Positions 24,790 to 38,894 are shown, counted from the stretch's first letter. The stretch is DNA of 64,000 nucleotides from Octopus sinensis (GCF_006345805.1 NC_042997.1:190650001-190714000); one strand, 5' to 3'. The notes: generated from the letters alone by a model not told the origin. Made by a program: numbers and translations.

Positions 24790-25819
24790 TGTATGTATGA
24801 ATCAACATAAATACATACATACATACACTTGCTTGAATGTATGTAAGACTCTAATTGGATTCTTCATATCTAAGCGTAGCTCATGGCCAAACACCTGCTG
24901 TCTCTCGGAGATGGTATCCCGTCAGCTACTTAGCTCGGTTCTGTCAATGACTTCTACAGTTTATTTCAATCATACTAACGTATTTGATATGGTAAAAGCA
25001 CCAAAGAGACTACGTATACCTGTTGAAGGAGCAGGTTTGGACAGGTAGTATTAATTAAAAATAAAAGATACTTATTCTTAAAATGAAATTGCTCACAATA
25101 TACGTATCTCGAAAGTTTAGTACCTACAAATCTTTACAGCAGTTTGTCTTCTTCCTCTCTCTCTCTTCTCTCTCTTTCTCTCTTCCTCCTCCTCCCTTCT
25201 CCCTCGTTTCACCACTAACATCTTCATTTTTTCCACGCACGCTTTTAGTATAACTCACGACAATTTTACGTTTAAATTATTTGACCGTCCTCGTGTTTGT
25301 CTCTAACAATGGTATCGTTACATTCTAATCATCAGCCCTTCTGTTTGCCGCCCACAGTCCCCACAAAAAACACATATTGCCTACAGCAGACCGAAATGTG
25401 CTGCCCCTTTAAAATTGCCGCCCAAGCAGGCCGCCCTTACCGCCCCCGCTAGCTACGCTAGTGATACCAATCGAGGCTTTTTGTTTTAACATTAGTTCAA
25501 CCCCTTATATATGTTGATTTATATGTGTATACCTGCGTCTCAGCACGCATGCATTTCTAGCTAGGAATATGTGCTTGTCAGTATGTTTGTACGTGTTTGC
25601 ATTTTATATAACTGTTATATTGTTCAAAATGCGTTTCCTTATTTCTTCATTAATTACTTTGACTTAGGGTACCAACGAGAATTTGGCAGTGGATTGTCAA
25701 TTGTTCTCAGGTATAGTCTGCCAGTACTTCAGTTTCTTCACGTTTTATATATACTACGATTCCAACTCTCTTGATATATCTATCAGAAGTCTTGCTTTGA
25801 AGTGACAGTTTTATATTTA

Positions 25820-26230
25820 TTACATTTTGTAACAAAATGTTTGTCTTTGGTCAGTAAGTGTTATTTCCCGTTTGCTTCTATCTAGAAATCAAACGAAATA
25901 ACTACTATTGCCTTCAAACTATGCTTTTGTAACCTGGACATCACTGTTTTGAAACTGACCTATTTTCCATTACATTTCAGACAGATTTAACGCTGAGTTA
26001 CTGAAGCTGAAATATCGTCATAGCAATTATTCTGCTCAATACCACAAATTTGCCGGTTAATTGCTTGACCTTAATCACTTGATCGGTTGACAATATGCGC
26101 ACGTCTGATCATGAGTAGCGGGGAAGCATCAGAAGCCATGTGTTGTGTGGGTTTCTTTGGAGAGTGAATACATGTAACAAAAGCAAAATTTGAAGGATAT
26201 ATTAGCTGTTTTTCATACTTTATAGAAGAA
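25820..26230 (+). repeat. Dispersed repeat, second copy at ~30150-30990 (interrupted by SINE B), related minus fragment at ~52930-53060
   Basis: Shared ccattacatttcagacagatt..gctgagttactgaagc and caaagtttgaagga..tttcatactttatag blocks. Confidence 0.7.
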
Positions 26231-26309
26231 AGTAAATAGCAAATAACAGTTGCTTCTCATGAACATAACTCGTGTTATAGTGGTATCATTATTACTATTT
26301 TCAGTAAGG

Positions 26310-26520
26310 AGTCGAACTGGCAGAATCATTAATATGCTGGGAAAAATACTCAACGGTATTTCGTCTCTTTTTACGTTCTGAGTTCAAATTCCTCCGAGGT
26401 TGATTTTGCCTTTCATCTTTTCAGGGTCGATGATAGAAGTACCAGTTGAGTACCGGGATCGATGTATTCGAATGCCCATCTTTCCCAAATTTCAGGCCTT
26501 GTGCCTTTAGTATAAAGGAT
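26310..26520 (+). mobile_element. SINE family A
   Basis: ctggcagaatc...ctgagttcaaattcc...gcctttcatc...gccttgtgcct. Confidence 0.8.
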
Positions 26521-26619
26521 TATTACTATTCTCGTTAAATCTTATGTCACCCTCATCATCGCCATTTTTATCATTTTATCATTTTTATCATAAACCTCAT
26601 CATCGCCATTTTTATCATT

Positions 26620-26928
26620 TTTTTCGATCTTTTCACGCCTAGCCAGGCTCATGGTCCCGGTTTCTCGGTTTCTATGGCGTATGTGTTCCCTCCAGCTGGA
26701 CGGGACGCCAGTCCATCACAGCGTTACTCAAGAAACAGGAAGAAAGCGTGAGAGAAAGTTGGGGCGAAAGAGTACAACAGGGATCGCCACCACCCGCTGC
26801 CGGAGCCTCATGGAGCCTTAGGTGTTTTCGCTCAATAAACACACACACACAACGCCCGGTCTGGGAATCGAAACCGCGATCCTCCCACCGCGAGTCCGAT
26901 GCCCTAATCACTGGGCCATTACGCATCC
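26620..26928 (-). mobile_element. SINE family C variant with a different 3' half
   Basis: Family C head (ggcccagtgattagggcatcggactcgcgg) joined to ggactggcgtcccgtccagctgg-type 3' end. Confidence 0.75.
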
Positions 26929-27681
26929 TTTTTTATCATTTGCTTGTTTTTATAAATGGTATTATTGTCAACTGGGCTAGCTGGTACAATCGTTAAATTC
27001 CCGGACTAAATGCTTTCCTGAATCTATTGTGAGTCAAATCCCCGCCAGTTTCAGCTTTGACTTTCATCACTGCGTAGTCCAGAGAAAAATGTACTGAAGC
27101 AGAATGTATCAACTAAACTGCTTCTCTCAGAATTGGTGACCTTGTGTCTAATTCAGATATAATTGTTGTTATTATTGTCAGTATTTGTTTTATTTTTTTT
27201 TTGTTTTTGTCGGGAACTTACAGCTGGTTGTAAAATAAAGCCAGGAGAGGTTTAACTTGTGATTTCTGTAGAGGGTTGCTGGAGGACTTAATCAATGATG
27301 TTGTAAACAAAGCCATAAATATCAGTGAAGATCATCAGAGAAAGCTTTCTTGAACATCTCTCGAATTCGCAATAATGAATAACGCTCAAAATAACTTGGC
27401 ACTAGTACTAGTTTCTGGCATTGTCAGTCTGAGAAAAACTCTAAAGGTACTGCTTTGCCTGAAACCAGGCTAGTACAAGATATATGGAGGGCGAAGAAAG
27501 GCGTTCTCCATGCGTCGTTCTATCCCCGATTATTTCCGGCTTAGAGAATTATGTCGTACAGTCGTTGCCAACTGCAGGATGCGTCCCGTTCTTAGCTTAG
27601 TTCATTGGGGCGATCAACCTTTCTGGCATAAAAGACAGTTTTTTTATGTTTCTGATGAAAATAATCAATTTTAGGTAAATT

Positions 27682-27839
27682 GGGAGCGGCTGTGTGGTAA
27701 GTAGCTTGCTTACCAACCACATAGTTCCAGGTTCATTCCCACTGCATGACACCTTGGGCAAGTGTCTTCAACTATAGCCTTTGGTCGACCAAAGCCTTGT
27801 GAGTGGATTTGGTAGACAGAAACTGAAAGAAGCCCGTCG

Positions 27840-27870
<31 letters not shown>

Positions 27871-28096
27871 GTGCATATATGTTTGTGTGTGTGTATATAA
27901 CTGTACCCCCAACAGTGCTTGACAAACGATGGTGGTGTGCTTATGTCCCTGTAACTTAGCGGTTCGGCAAAAGAGATCATTAGAATAAGTACTAGGCTTC
28001 CAAAGAATACGTCCTGGGGTCGATTTGCTCGACTAAAGGCGGTGCTCCAGCATGGCCGCAGTCAAATGACTGAAACAAGTAAAAGAGTAAAAGAGT
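27682..28096 (+). mobile_element. SINE family B
   Basis: Full-length match, aaaagagt tail. Confidence 0.9.
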
Positions 28097-28409
28097 GTTT
28101 ACTGTTAGTGAAAATTTCAGGAAAATTTTCAAATACCGCTTAAAGAGGAGAGGGGTAAGAAGGAAGTGCTGCTCTCCCGGCAAATTTTCGAAAGGATGAG
28201 AGAGAGATTTGCGAACATGACCTAGTTAAATGGATCAATACAGAACATAAAGTTGCAGACCTCATACCAGAATCAGGAGGAGGAGTTTTCATTAAGTAGA
28301 CCGGAACATATATGATTCTTTAATCGGCACAAGGTGGCTCTCCGTCTATTCGCTAATTTTATATCGCATCTTCTTCTATGTTTATATTTCGTTTATTTTT
28401 CAGAGGGGA

Positions 28410-28590
28410 AGTGTTGTTAATCGTCAGCACACCTGGGCGATTTGCTTAGCGGCATTTCGTTCGTCTTCACGCTCTGAGTTCAAATTCCGCCGAGATCCAC
28501 TTTGCCTTCCATCATTTGGAGGTCGATAAAATAAGTACCAGTTGAGCACTGGGGTCGGTGTAATCGACATAATCCTTTCTCTGTGCTTAG
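28410..28590 (+). mobile_element. SINE family A, degenerate
   Basis: ctgagttcaaattccgccgag...gtcgataaaataagtaccagttgagcactggggtcg. Confidence 0.75.
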
Positions 28591-28612
28591 TAGCATTGAA
28601 CCAAATTTTGAA

Positions 28613-28614
<2 letters not shown>

Positions 28615-28650
<36 letters not shown>

Positions 28651-28890
28651 CTTATGATCATCATCATCATTATTATCATTATTATTGTTGTCATTGTTGT
28701 TATTATTATTACTATTATTATAATTATTATTATTATTACTATTATTATTATTATTACTATCATTATTATTATTATTATTATTATTATATTATTATTATTA
28801 TTATCATTATTATTATTATGATTACCACTACTACTACTACTACTACTTCTATTATTATCATTATTATTAGTATTATTATTATTATTATTT
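28615..28890. repeat. (TAT)n/(CAT)n/(TAC)n trinucleotide tract
   Basis: Direct inspection. Confidence 0.95.
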
Positions 28891-29119
28891 ATAAATACAC
28901 CATAATCAAAATCTCAGTAATTCATATTTTGTAAAACGCATTATTTCATTATTTCAACAATGTACAAAGCATTTTTTTCAAAACACTGTCCCTACTTAGT
29001 TTTTTTCTTCCTTTTTGATGAAATCGACATAATTGGTCTCGACAACTATTAGAAAAGATAAACAATACCATCAGCAACACCAACAAATGAGGTTGCAGTA
29101 TAACAATAACACTGACATG

Positions 29120-29700
29120 CGTCATCGTTGTTGTCATAAGCAACGGCATTGTCGTCCTTGTCGTTCTCGTCATCGTCATAGTCATCGTCATCGTAAGCGT
29201 CATCTTCACCATCATCATCATCATCGACATCATCATCATCATCATCATCATCGTAAGCGTCATCCTCACCATCATCACCATCATTATCATCATCATCATC
29301 ATCATCATCATCATCGTAAGCGTCATCCTCACCATCATCACCATTATTATCATCATCATCATCATCGTCATCATCATCATCATCATCGTAAGCGTCATCC
29401 TCACCATCATCACCATCATTATCATCATCGTCATCGTCATTATCATCATCATCATCGTAAGCGTCATCATCACCATCATCATCTTCATCATCATTATCAT
29501 CATCGTCATCCTCCTCCTCATCATCATCATGACCATCATCATCATCGCCATGTTCATGATGATCATCGTCGTCATCATCATTTTATTTGCACCAGCATCG
29601 AGACTGTTCTGATATATTCGTCATTGTTGTCATCACCATCATCATCATCATCATCATCATCATTATCATCATCGTCGTCGTCGTCATCATACTCATCGTC
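29120..29700. repeat. (CAT)n tract with 60-72-bp higher-order repeat (5 x cgtaagcgtcat)
   Basis: cgtaagcgtcat recurs at about 29192, 29252, 29315, 29387 and 29456. Confidence 0.9.
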
Positions 29701-30352
29701 AACGTTTGGTTATTGTTAGAACTGGAACTAGAAGATTTTGTCTGTTTTATGTTGGCCCTAGCACCGCCGACACTGAAACAAGGTTAACTGCATATAGAGC
29801 CCTATTTCATAGTGAGGTGCGAGGAGGGGATTAATCATACTCGTGATGCATGTCAGAGGGGCCCGTGTGATACATATGAAGAAGTAAGAACCATGTGAGA
29901 GTTCACTGATCACAAGGAAGAGAGCAGAACAAGAAGAGTAACGGCGGACAGAAAAACAAACAATGAGCAAGGAGGAAAATCGTGGCTACTGAATCTTCCG
30001 CAGCAGTCACAGCTCTTCTTAGAATGGACAATTACAAATTGAATCGCTTTTCACCTGTAGCAAAGCCGACGAGGTAGGGTACCAAGATATTGAACAGTAC
30101 CCTTCTTCCACTAATGGTTGGTCGGAAACATTAACAGAAGTTCGGTTTCATTACAATGTGTAACATTTTTTTTTGTCTTTGATCAGTAAGTGTTACTTCT
30201 TATTTGCTTATATCTGGAAATGAAATGAAATGACTACTATTCCCTTCATACTTTGCTTTTGTGACATGGACATCAATGTTTTGAAACCGACCGTTTTACC
30301 ATTACATTTCAGACAGATTCAGTGCTGAGTTACTGAAGCAGAACTATCGCTA

Positions 30353-30744
30353 TACTCTTTTACTCTTTTACTTGTTTCAGTCATTTGCTGGAGTACCGCC
30401 TTTAGTCGGGAAAGTCGCCTCCAGGACTTATTCTTTGTAAGCCTAGTACTTATTCTATGGGTCTCTTTTGTCGGACCGCTAAGTGACGGGGACGTAAACA
30501 CACTAGCATTGGTTGTCAAGCGATGTTGGGGGGACAAACACAGACGCACAAACATAAACACATACATATATATAGACATATATACGACGGGCTTCTTTGA
30601 GTTTCCGTCTACCAAATCCACTCACAAGGCTTTGGTCGGCCCGAGTCTATAATAGAAGACACTTGCCCAAGGTGCCACGCAGTGGGACTGAACCCGGAAC
30701 CATGTGGTTGGTAAGCAATCTACTTACCACACAGCCACCTCTAC
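30353..30744 (-). mobile_element. SINE family B with TSD (cgctata)
   Basis: Inserted in a dispersed repeat; cgctata on both sides. Confidence 0.9.
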
Positions 30745-31049
30745 GCTATAGTAAATATTCTACTCAATACTACAGATTAACTTGTCAGTTGCTTGACTTT
30801 AACCACTTGTCCATTGCTGACAATATGTCCATCGCTGATCATGAGGAGAAGTGAAGAGATACCATGCCCATATGTTGAGAAGGATTATTTGCGATTTGAA
30901 TAAATATATAAATAAAGCAAAGTTTGAAGGAAATAGCCATTTTTCATACTTTATAGGGTTAGTGAAATAGGAAATAACAGTTACTACACAAGGACAAAAA
31001 TTGTTACACAGTGTTATCACATAACAGTTCGGTTACGAATATAAGATAA

Positions 31050-31620
31050 GGCGGTGAGCTGGCAGAAACGTTAGCACGCCGGGCGAAATGCTTAGCAGTA
31101 TTTCGTCTGCCACTACGTTCTGAGTTCAAATTCCGCCGAGGTAGACTTTGTCTTTCATCCTTTCGGGGTCGATTAAATAAGTACCAGTTACGCTCTGGGG
31201 TCGATATAATCGACTTAATCCGTTTGTCTATACTTGTTTGTCCCCTCTGTGTAGGCCCTTGTGGGCAATAAAGAAATAGGTATTTCGTCTGCCGCTACGT
31301 TCTGAGTTCAAATTCCGCCGAGGTAGACTTTGCCTTTCATCCTTTCGGGGTCGATTAAATAAGTACCAGTTACGCACTGGGATCAATATAAACGACTTAA
31401 TCCGTTTGTCTGTCCTTGTTTGTCCTCTCTGTTTGTTAGCCTCTTGTGGGTAGTAAAGAAATAGGTATTTCGTCTGCCGCTACGTTTTGAGCTCAAATTC
31501 CTCCGAGGTCGACTTTCCCTTTCATCCTTTCGGGGTCGATAAATTAAGTACCAGTTGCGCAAGACTGTCTTTGTTTGTCTCCTCTATGTTTAGCCCCTTG
31601 TGGACAATAAAGAAATAAGA
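31050..31620 (+). mobile_element. SINE family A trimer (head plus 3 internal units)
   Basis: gtatttcgtctgcc units start at 31098, 31280 and 31465, joined as aaagaaatag|gtatttcg. Confidence 0.9.
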
Positions 31621-32231
31621 TGGAACCTGGAAGTAATTGGAGAATAATACGGAGAGATAGAAGAAAGTACAAAGTGTCTGAACCCTAATTAACTATAACT
31701 ACTGTGCTGGATGTGACTCATATAAAAGCACGGTTGCCCAAATTAGTAGCGAGAGCATGAGAACCTGAAAGAATTCAAGAGGAATTTACTATTTTATGAT
31801 GAGGAGATAGGTGATGAATATTCCGGCTCACAAATAAAGAGCTGCTGAAAACCATACAAATAGTCAAAGAGCAAATAGTCTGTTAATTATACAGAAGATA
31901 TGAATTCTTTTCGCGCCTCGGTAAAAACCGTAAATATACACGAGCAAGTTCGGTGGAGCGAATTTCTGATAATTATCGAAAGGTTATGAGCGTGATTGGT
32001 TTGCTCTGATAATATGTAAGCGACTTCTTCTTACATCATTGTGTACGTATTTTTTGTGTACTAAATATTTTATCTGTTTTAATTTGTGTCATTAAATTTT
32101 GTCCCACCTTTCGTTTGTTATATGCCATAACGTCGATACAATTTTTGTAATCCTTTTGTTTAGTACTTTTAGCATTTCGTATATGCTTAGGTTGTTAGAG
32201 TATTAAATAAATTTATAATTATAGAATAGTA

Positions 32232-32674
32232 TATGCGCAGGAGTGCCTGTGTGGTAACTAGCATGCTTCCCAACCACATGGTTCCGGGTTCATTCCCACT
32301 GCGTGGCACCTTGGGCAGGTGTCTTCTACTATAGCCTTGGGCCGACCAAAACGTTGTGAGTGGATTTGGTAGACAGAAACTGAAAGAAGCCTGTCGAATA
32401 TATGTATAAATATTGTGTGTGTGTGTGTGTGCACGCGCGTGCGTGTGTGTTTGTGTATGTTTGTGTGTCTGTGTTGGTCCTCTCAGCATCGCTTGATAAC
32501 CGATGCTGGTGTGTTTACGTCCCCGTAACTTAGCGGTTCAGCAAAACACACCGATAGAATAAGTACTAGGCTTACAAAGAATAAGTCCTGGGGTAGATTT
32601 GCTCGACTAAAGGCGGTGCTCCAGCATGGTCTCAGTCAAATGACTGAAACAAGTAAAAGAGAGTAAAAGAGAGT
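32232..32674 (+). mobile_element. SINE family B
   Basis: Full-length match. Confidence 0.9.
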
Positions 32675-32981
32675 ATGACTAAAGCAGTGGGTTTTATCAA
32701 ATTCAATGAAATCTCATTAAAAGGCCAAAACAATGTAAAGTACGTGAAGAATAGGACTGGAAATAGAACAATGGTTAATGTTTACCCTGTATTTCTTCAA
32801 TATTTCAGTGCTAGGGCTCCTTCATGTCACGCAGAGAAAGAAAATATAGTACAGAACTGCACGTTTGCTTGGATGTGTGAGAAGGTAGAAAGGTCCACAG
32901 ATTGGGATTGTTATAATAACTAGTCGGCCATGGGTGTTGCTTAATGAAAATTTAAGCTTATTAAGATTGCTTCTTCGATTT

Positions 32982-34839
32982 CTTGAATGTAATGTTGCTT
33001 ATGTTGTGTCCAGAGGCTTTGATACTTACAGTAAATTCCCCCTCCTATGCCGCTGCTTCTTTTGGCCGCGAAGAGCAGATATGTTTTCAAATTGTTATTT
33101 GATGTTTTAGATACAAGAAAGCGTGAAAAGTATTTTCTTGGTTTTATTTTCATGGCCAGAATTGTATTTGGACCACTTATAAATCCACCATGTACACGGA
33201 TATTTCAACAAAAATGTTTCTGATTTTTTTTATAGTTCCATAATAGTTCCATTTTCTCACAACCTAATTATGCCATACATGGCGTTCCGATACACGATCA
33301 ACAAACCACGGAAATATATCAATACTCTCTCTTTTACTCTTTTACTTGTTTCAGTCATTTGACTGCGGCCATGCTGGAGCACCGCCTTTTAATCGAGCAA
33401 CTCAACCCCGGGACTTATTCATTGTAAGCCTAGTACTTATTCTATCGATCTCTTTTGTCGAACCGCTAAGTGACGGGGACATAAACACACCAGCATCGGT
33501 TGTCAAGCAATGCTAGGGGACAAACACAAACATACACGCACACACACACATATATATATATACATATATACGACGGGCTTCTTTCAGCTTCCATCTACCA
33601 AATCCACTCATAAGGCTTTGGTCGGCCCGAGGCTATAGTAGAAGACACTTGCCCAAGGTGCCACGCAGTGGGACTGAACCCGGAACCATGTGGTTGGTAA
33701 GCAAGCTACTTACCACACAGCCACTCCTGCACCTATCAATGGTGCAAAAGCTAAAACAAATATTATTGAACTCAGATATCTGTCACTCAAGAACCTGAAA
33801 TAAGGAATAGTGACATTGCAGACACAGAAAATAAGAAATTCTAGGCAAGCTTCCCAACAACAAAAGATATTTTCCTACATGCTCGTACTTTGTAAAATGA
33901 AATCGTTCCAATGATCAACTTCAATCATGTGTTTTCTGGATAATAATCATTTCACAAAGAAGACAAATCATTGGAAACATTTTGTATCAAGAAAGGATAT
34001 CTCTCTGTCAGAATATTTTGCACAGAAATGTGAGAGAAGAAAAATTACATACGTGTGCCTTTCAATGATCATGGACGCTCTCCTACAGTATTCCAAGATG
34101 CAACAAGAAACAACCTTTAAAGGCATATACAACTAAAGCGTTTACTTTGAAGGTGTATTAAGGTGTATAAATACACATGAAGGTGTATTAAGCCACAAGC
34201 GTTGCCTTCAAAACTAAGAGCGGAATAAAAGTACAAGAATAAAAGTATCAAGAAAGGATATCTCTCTGTCAGAATATTTTGCACAGAAATGTGAGAGAAG
34301 AAAAATTACATACGTGTGCCTTTCAAAGGTCATGGAAGCTATCCTTCAGTATTCCAAGATGCAACTAGAAACAGAATTACCTAGAATTCTTGCCTAGAAT
34401 TTCCTATTTTCTGTGTCTGCAATGTCACTATTCCTTATTTCAGGTTCTTGAGTGACAGATATCTGAGTTCAATAATATTTGTTTTAGCTTTTACACTATT
34501 GATATATTTCCGTGGTTTGTTGATCGTGTATCGGAACGCCATGTATGGCATAATTAGGTTGTGAGAAAATGGAACTATTATGGAACTATTTAAAAAATCA
34601 GAAACATTTTTGTTGAAATATCCGTGTACATGGTGGATTTATAAGTGGTCCAAATACAATTCTGGCCATGAAAATAAATCCAAGAAAATACTTTTCACGC
34701 TTTCTTGTATCTAAAACGTCAAATAACAATTTGAAAACATATCTGCTCTTCGCGGCCAAAAGAAGCAGCGGCAGAGGAGGGAGAATTTACTGTAAGTATC
34801 AAAGCCTCTGGACACAACAGAAGCAACATTACATTCAAG
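32982..34839. mobile_element. Fold-back element with ~445-bp inverted arms and an internal ~128-bp duplication
   Basis: 32982-33845 (minus the SINE) mirrors 34393-34839; 33984-34110 is repeated at 34246-34373. Confidence 0.8.
33323..33734 (-). mobile_element. SINE family B inserted in the left fold-back arm (TSD atcaat)
   Basis: Absent from the right arm; atcaat duplicated. Confidence 0.9.
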
Positions 34840-35554
34840 CCCATAAAATACAAGTACAAGCCCATAAAATATGGAGGCTGATATTCCTAAGGTGGAATCA
34901 AACTCAACTTTAAATGCATCGGAGAAAATCGGCTCGTATTCATTTCTGATGATCAATCAGGATTCCCAGAATCTTCCTGACCCAGTCTCATGAAGAAATA
35001 GTTTTAAAAGGGATGGAAAGAGAGAGAGGGGGTGGAAGAAGCATAACAACAACACCAATAACAGAGGGATGCAGATGACCTTATACAACAGAACCAGCTA
35101 ATTCATGAGTGAGAATGGCAGCCAGACGGAAGCTGGGAAGAATCGAGAGACCTTAGCAATAAACCCAAAATAGATACATTTCAAAAGGAAAACGCATTGT
35201 AACTTGAAAAGTGCGTTGAGACATATATCTCTCGGGTAGTTGAAACCCTCTCCAGTGGGAGAGAAGCCTGTCCCATTGAAGGGAATTTCATCCTTCGTGA
35301 AGAAACCCTCTGCTATGAGGACCCCATTCCATAGGAAAAGGGGCCTGTCTCTTGCGAGGAAGAAACCATATTTATTGTTATGGGAAGACCATCTGCTGTA
35401 AGAGGGAACTTAATCATCCATTATAGAAATTGACTTCGCTTCCCTTTTTTTAGCGAAACCAAAAAAAAGCTTTTGAAATGGGCGAGAATCGTCCAGACAA
35501 CATACCGATCACGAAAAACATGGCATCAATGTAAAAAAAAAACATAGAAAAGAA

Positions 35555-35733
35555 CAGGAGTGGTTGTGTGGTAAGTAGCTTGTTTACCAACCATATGGTT
35601 CCAGGTTCAGTCCCACTGCGTGGCACCTTGGGCAAATGTATTCTACTATAGCCTCAGGCCGACCAAAGCCTTGTGAGTGGATTTGGTAAACGGAAACTGA
35701 AGGAAGCCCGTCGTATATATGTATGTATGTATG

Positions 35734-35786
<53 letters not shown>

Positions 35787-35990
35787 GCAAGTGTGTGTAT
35801 ATGTTTGTGTGTCTGTGTTTGTCCCCAACATCGCTTGATAACCGATGCTGGTGTGTTTACGTCCCCGTAACTTAGCGGTTCGGCGAAAAAGACCGATAGA
35901 AAAAATACTGGGGTCGATTTGCTCGGCTAAAGGCGGTGCTCCATCATGGCCACAGTCAAATGACTGAAACAAGTAAAAGAGTAAAAGAGT
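35555..35990 (+). mobile_element. SINE family B
   Basis: Full-length match. Confidence 0.9.
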
Positions 35991-36399
35991 AATTAAGTCC
36001 TCAAAACTTGTTTACCACACGCTACAGACGAACACCCTTTTTACGAAAGATTCTGGGTTCAGCAACTTCAAAGAGTACACGGAATAAGCGGAGAGGTAAC
36101 GTAGAGAAGATACATAATCAGGGTCGTCATATGTCCTGATCAAAGCCAGTTTACATATTAATTGTTATATGTCTAGTTTTAAGTATTATGTCTTTTACCG
36201 CAGCCTTTTTCATTTATTCTCTGCAATTATTTCTGTTTTGCATAGATTTTAAAAGTCATTCGCATATCGTTTGCATAATGTTTTTTTTCTCTCCTCCCCT
36301 AGTTATTGTATAACTTCCTTGTCCTACCCAACACTTTGAACATTTTGTGTTTTTGGATGTATGAATGATGTATGTAATTGCCCTCAGAGACTATAAAAA

Positions 36400-36592
36400 A
36401 GCATTATTATTATATTATTATTATTATCATTATTATTATTGCTATTATTATTATTATCATTATTATTTTTGCTATTATTATTATTATTATTATTATTATT
36501 GCTATTATCATTATTATGATTATAGCTATTATTATTATTATTATTACCATTATTATTATTGCTATTATTATTATTATTATAGCTATTATTAA

Positions 36593-36629
<37 letters not shown>

Positions 36630-36630
36630 G
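36400..36630. repeat. (TAT)n tract with periodic gct interruptions
   Basis: Direct inspection. Confidence 0.95.
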
Positions 36631-36945
36631 TGATGCTTGAAAGAAGAAAAAGAAAACAAGTTGACATGTGGAGGATTATGACAAATGCTAGGGTTAGTGT
36701 TTATTTAAAATAATGGTGTGTTTTACAAAAACAAAAAGTGAAAAGAAACACTTAGCAAAAGTGAATACAATTGTTTCATTTGATATCTGAAAATAACAAG
36801 AATAACAATATACATATGTGAGCGTTAGCGTTTGTGCGTACGTCGAAACTGCATGTACTTATGTGTGTGCGTATATGTGTTTGAATACACGCCTATATAT
36901 ACATACATAACACACACGCACACACACACACAAGCATACACTCAC

Positions 36946-36982
<37 letters not shown>

Positions 36983-37086
36983 CAAAAACACATTTATGTA
37001 CAAACGTATATGTGTGCACACGAGATACACAAACACACATATGTATATGTATGTATATATATGTGTATATATATATATGTGCATGC

Positions 37087-37128
<42 letters not shown>

Positions 37129-37644
37129 TATATATTCACATATATATCTGTGTGTATTTCCTTGTAGCTATATTAAATATCGTCAAATGATATATATGTA
37201 CATTATATATATATATATAATATATATATATATACATGAGTCTTTATGTGAGTGTGTATACGTAAGTAAATAAAGAAGGCGTTTCAAGTCGAAAAGGAAA
37301 AAAAGTAAAGCATGCATTATAAATAAATAAACTGTGACCTTTCGTCATTTGTTTGTTCTGAGCATTTTTTGCTCTTTTCCTCTTCCTTCTTTCTCAATGT
37401 ACTTTCTGTTAATTAAATCCTTTATCTGTCCTCAGATAATACCATAATCCCCCCACACACACTATCCAGTTCTTACAGCCATTTCATATTTCTATCGGCA
37501 CGCGTTCCTCATTGTCCCAAATCAAACCTGACGAGACTGCTGCAACAGCTCCTATTGTTGGATGTTCAATTTATGCGTATTGGGCATACGATGTTCACAG
37601 TACACAAAACACACACACTAAGATAGATACATATATAAGTATAA

Positions 37645-37694
<50 letters not shown>

Positions 37695-37695
<1 letters not shown>

Positions 37696-37898
37696 GTAAA
37701 TGTAATATGTGAAAATTATTCGGTAGCCATGATAAAACTCCGGGTTTCGGATGTCGGGGTGGAAATCCATGTCGCCATCTCTTCAGTGATCCAGCCATCA
37801 TAGCATTTTTTCCGATGGCGGCGTGGATTTGTACCCCGATATCCGAAACTCGGAGTTTTATCATGGCTACTGAATAATTGTCACATATTACATTTACA
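37695..37898. mobile_element. 204-bp imperfect palindrome; the left arm carries a degenerate hammerhead-like motif on the minus strand
   Basis: Arms 37695-37780 and 37814-37898; minus strand CTGAAGA gatg...catc c GAAA cccggag tt. Confidence 0.6.
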
Positions 37899-38343
37899 GA
37901 TAAATTCCTCTATTTACATAATATTGAGGTCTCTTTCATTCTTTTGTTGTCTTACCATTTTTATCAATATATATATAATTAATATAAACAGCTATATATA
38001 TATAAAACATAAAGGATAAAATCATTAAAAGTAATGAATTTTATTAGTAGTCCACATGTAAAAAAAACCTTTTAAGTAAAATATATTTATAGAGATATAT
38101 AGTTGTACAGGGTACAATTATACTTAAGGATACAAAAGGTATCATGCCTATATGCTGAAAGAAGTCGCCGAATACGTCCTACTACTTCAAATATTCACTC
38201 CACATGATTTTTTAGTCAATCTGCTTACCCGCTTTCAACCTGTGTAAAATATATGTGGAGCGAATATTTGAAGCGGTAAGACTATTCGACGTCTTCTTTC
38301 AGCATAAAGGTATGATAGCCTGTGTGCCTAATGTAATTATCTC

Positions 38344-38436
<93 letters not shown>

Positions 38437-38629
38437 GGTTTCGAATTTTGGCACAATGCCTGCAAGTTTTTTAGTGGGAGACAAGTCGACCTCATGGACC
38501 TCAACGTTCAACTGGCGCTTATTTTATCGACCTCGAAAGTGATGAACATAGACTCCGGCAGCATTTGAACACAAATCATAAATTGAAAGAAATGCTGCTA
38601 AGCAATTTTCCTGGTACGGTAATGACTCG

Positions 38630-38690
<61 letters not shown>

Positions 38691-38894
38691 ATATATATGT
38701 ACATCATTGTATCAAGCAGACCACCAGATGCTGTTATGCTATACACCACTGATTACAGTGCGCTACTAACACTGTCTTAACTGCGCTATTGTTTTCTATT
38801 TTGATCCACATTGCTTGAGTATATCGGCTTCCCATCTTCGTGGAGGTCTTCCAAGTGGCCTATGTATGTATGTATGTATGTATGTATGTACAAA

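Noticed and set aside
27213-27650. Consensus GTAAGT donor (minus) and a short plus ORF (GLLEDLINDVV)
   Set aside because: No acceptor gives a sizeable open exon in any frame
29758-29970. ORF with ITSMINPLL resembling GPCR TM7
   Set aside because: No NPxxY, no other transmembrane pattern, no splice support
32941-34913. Twin ORFs MKI[K/N]PRKYFSRF on opposite strands
   Set aside because: Simple consequence of the inverted arms; no recognisable domain
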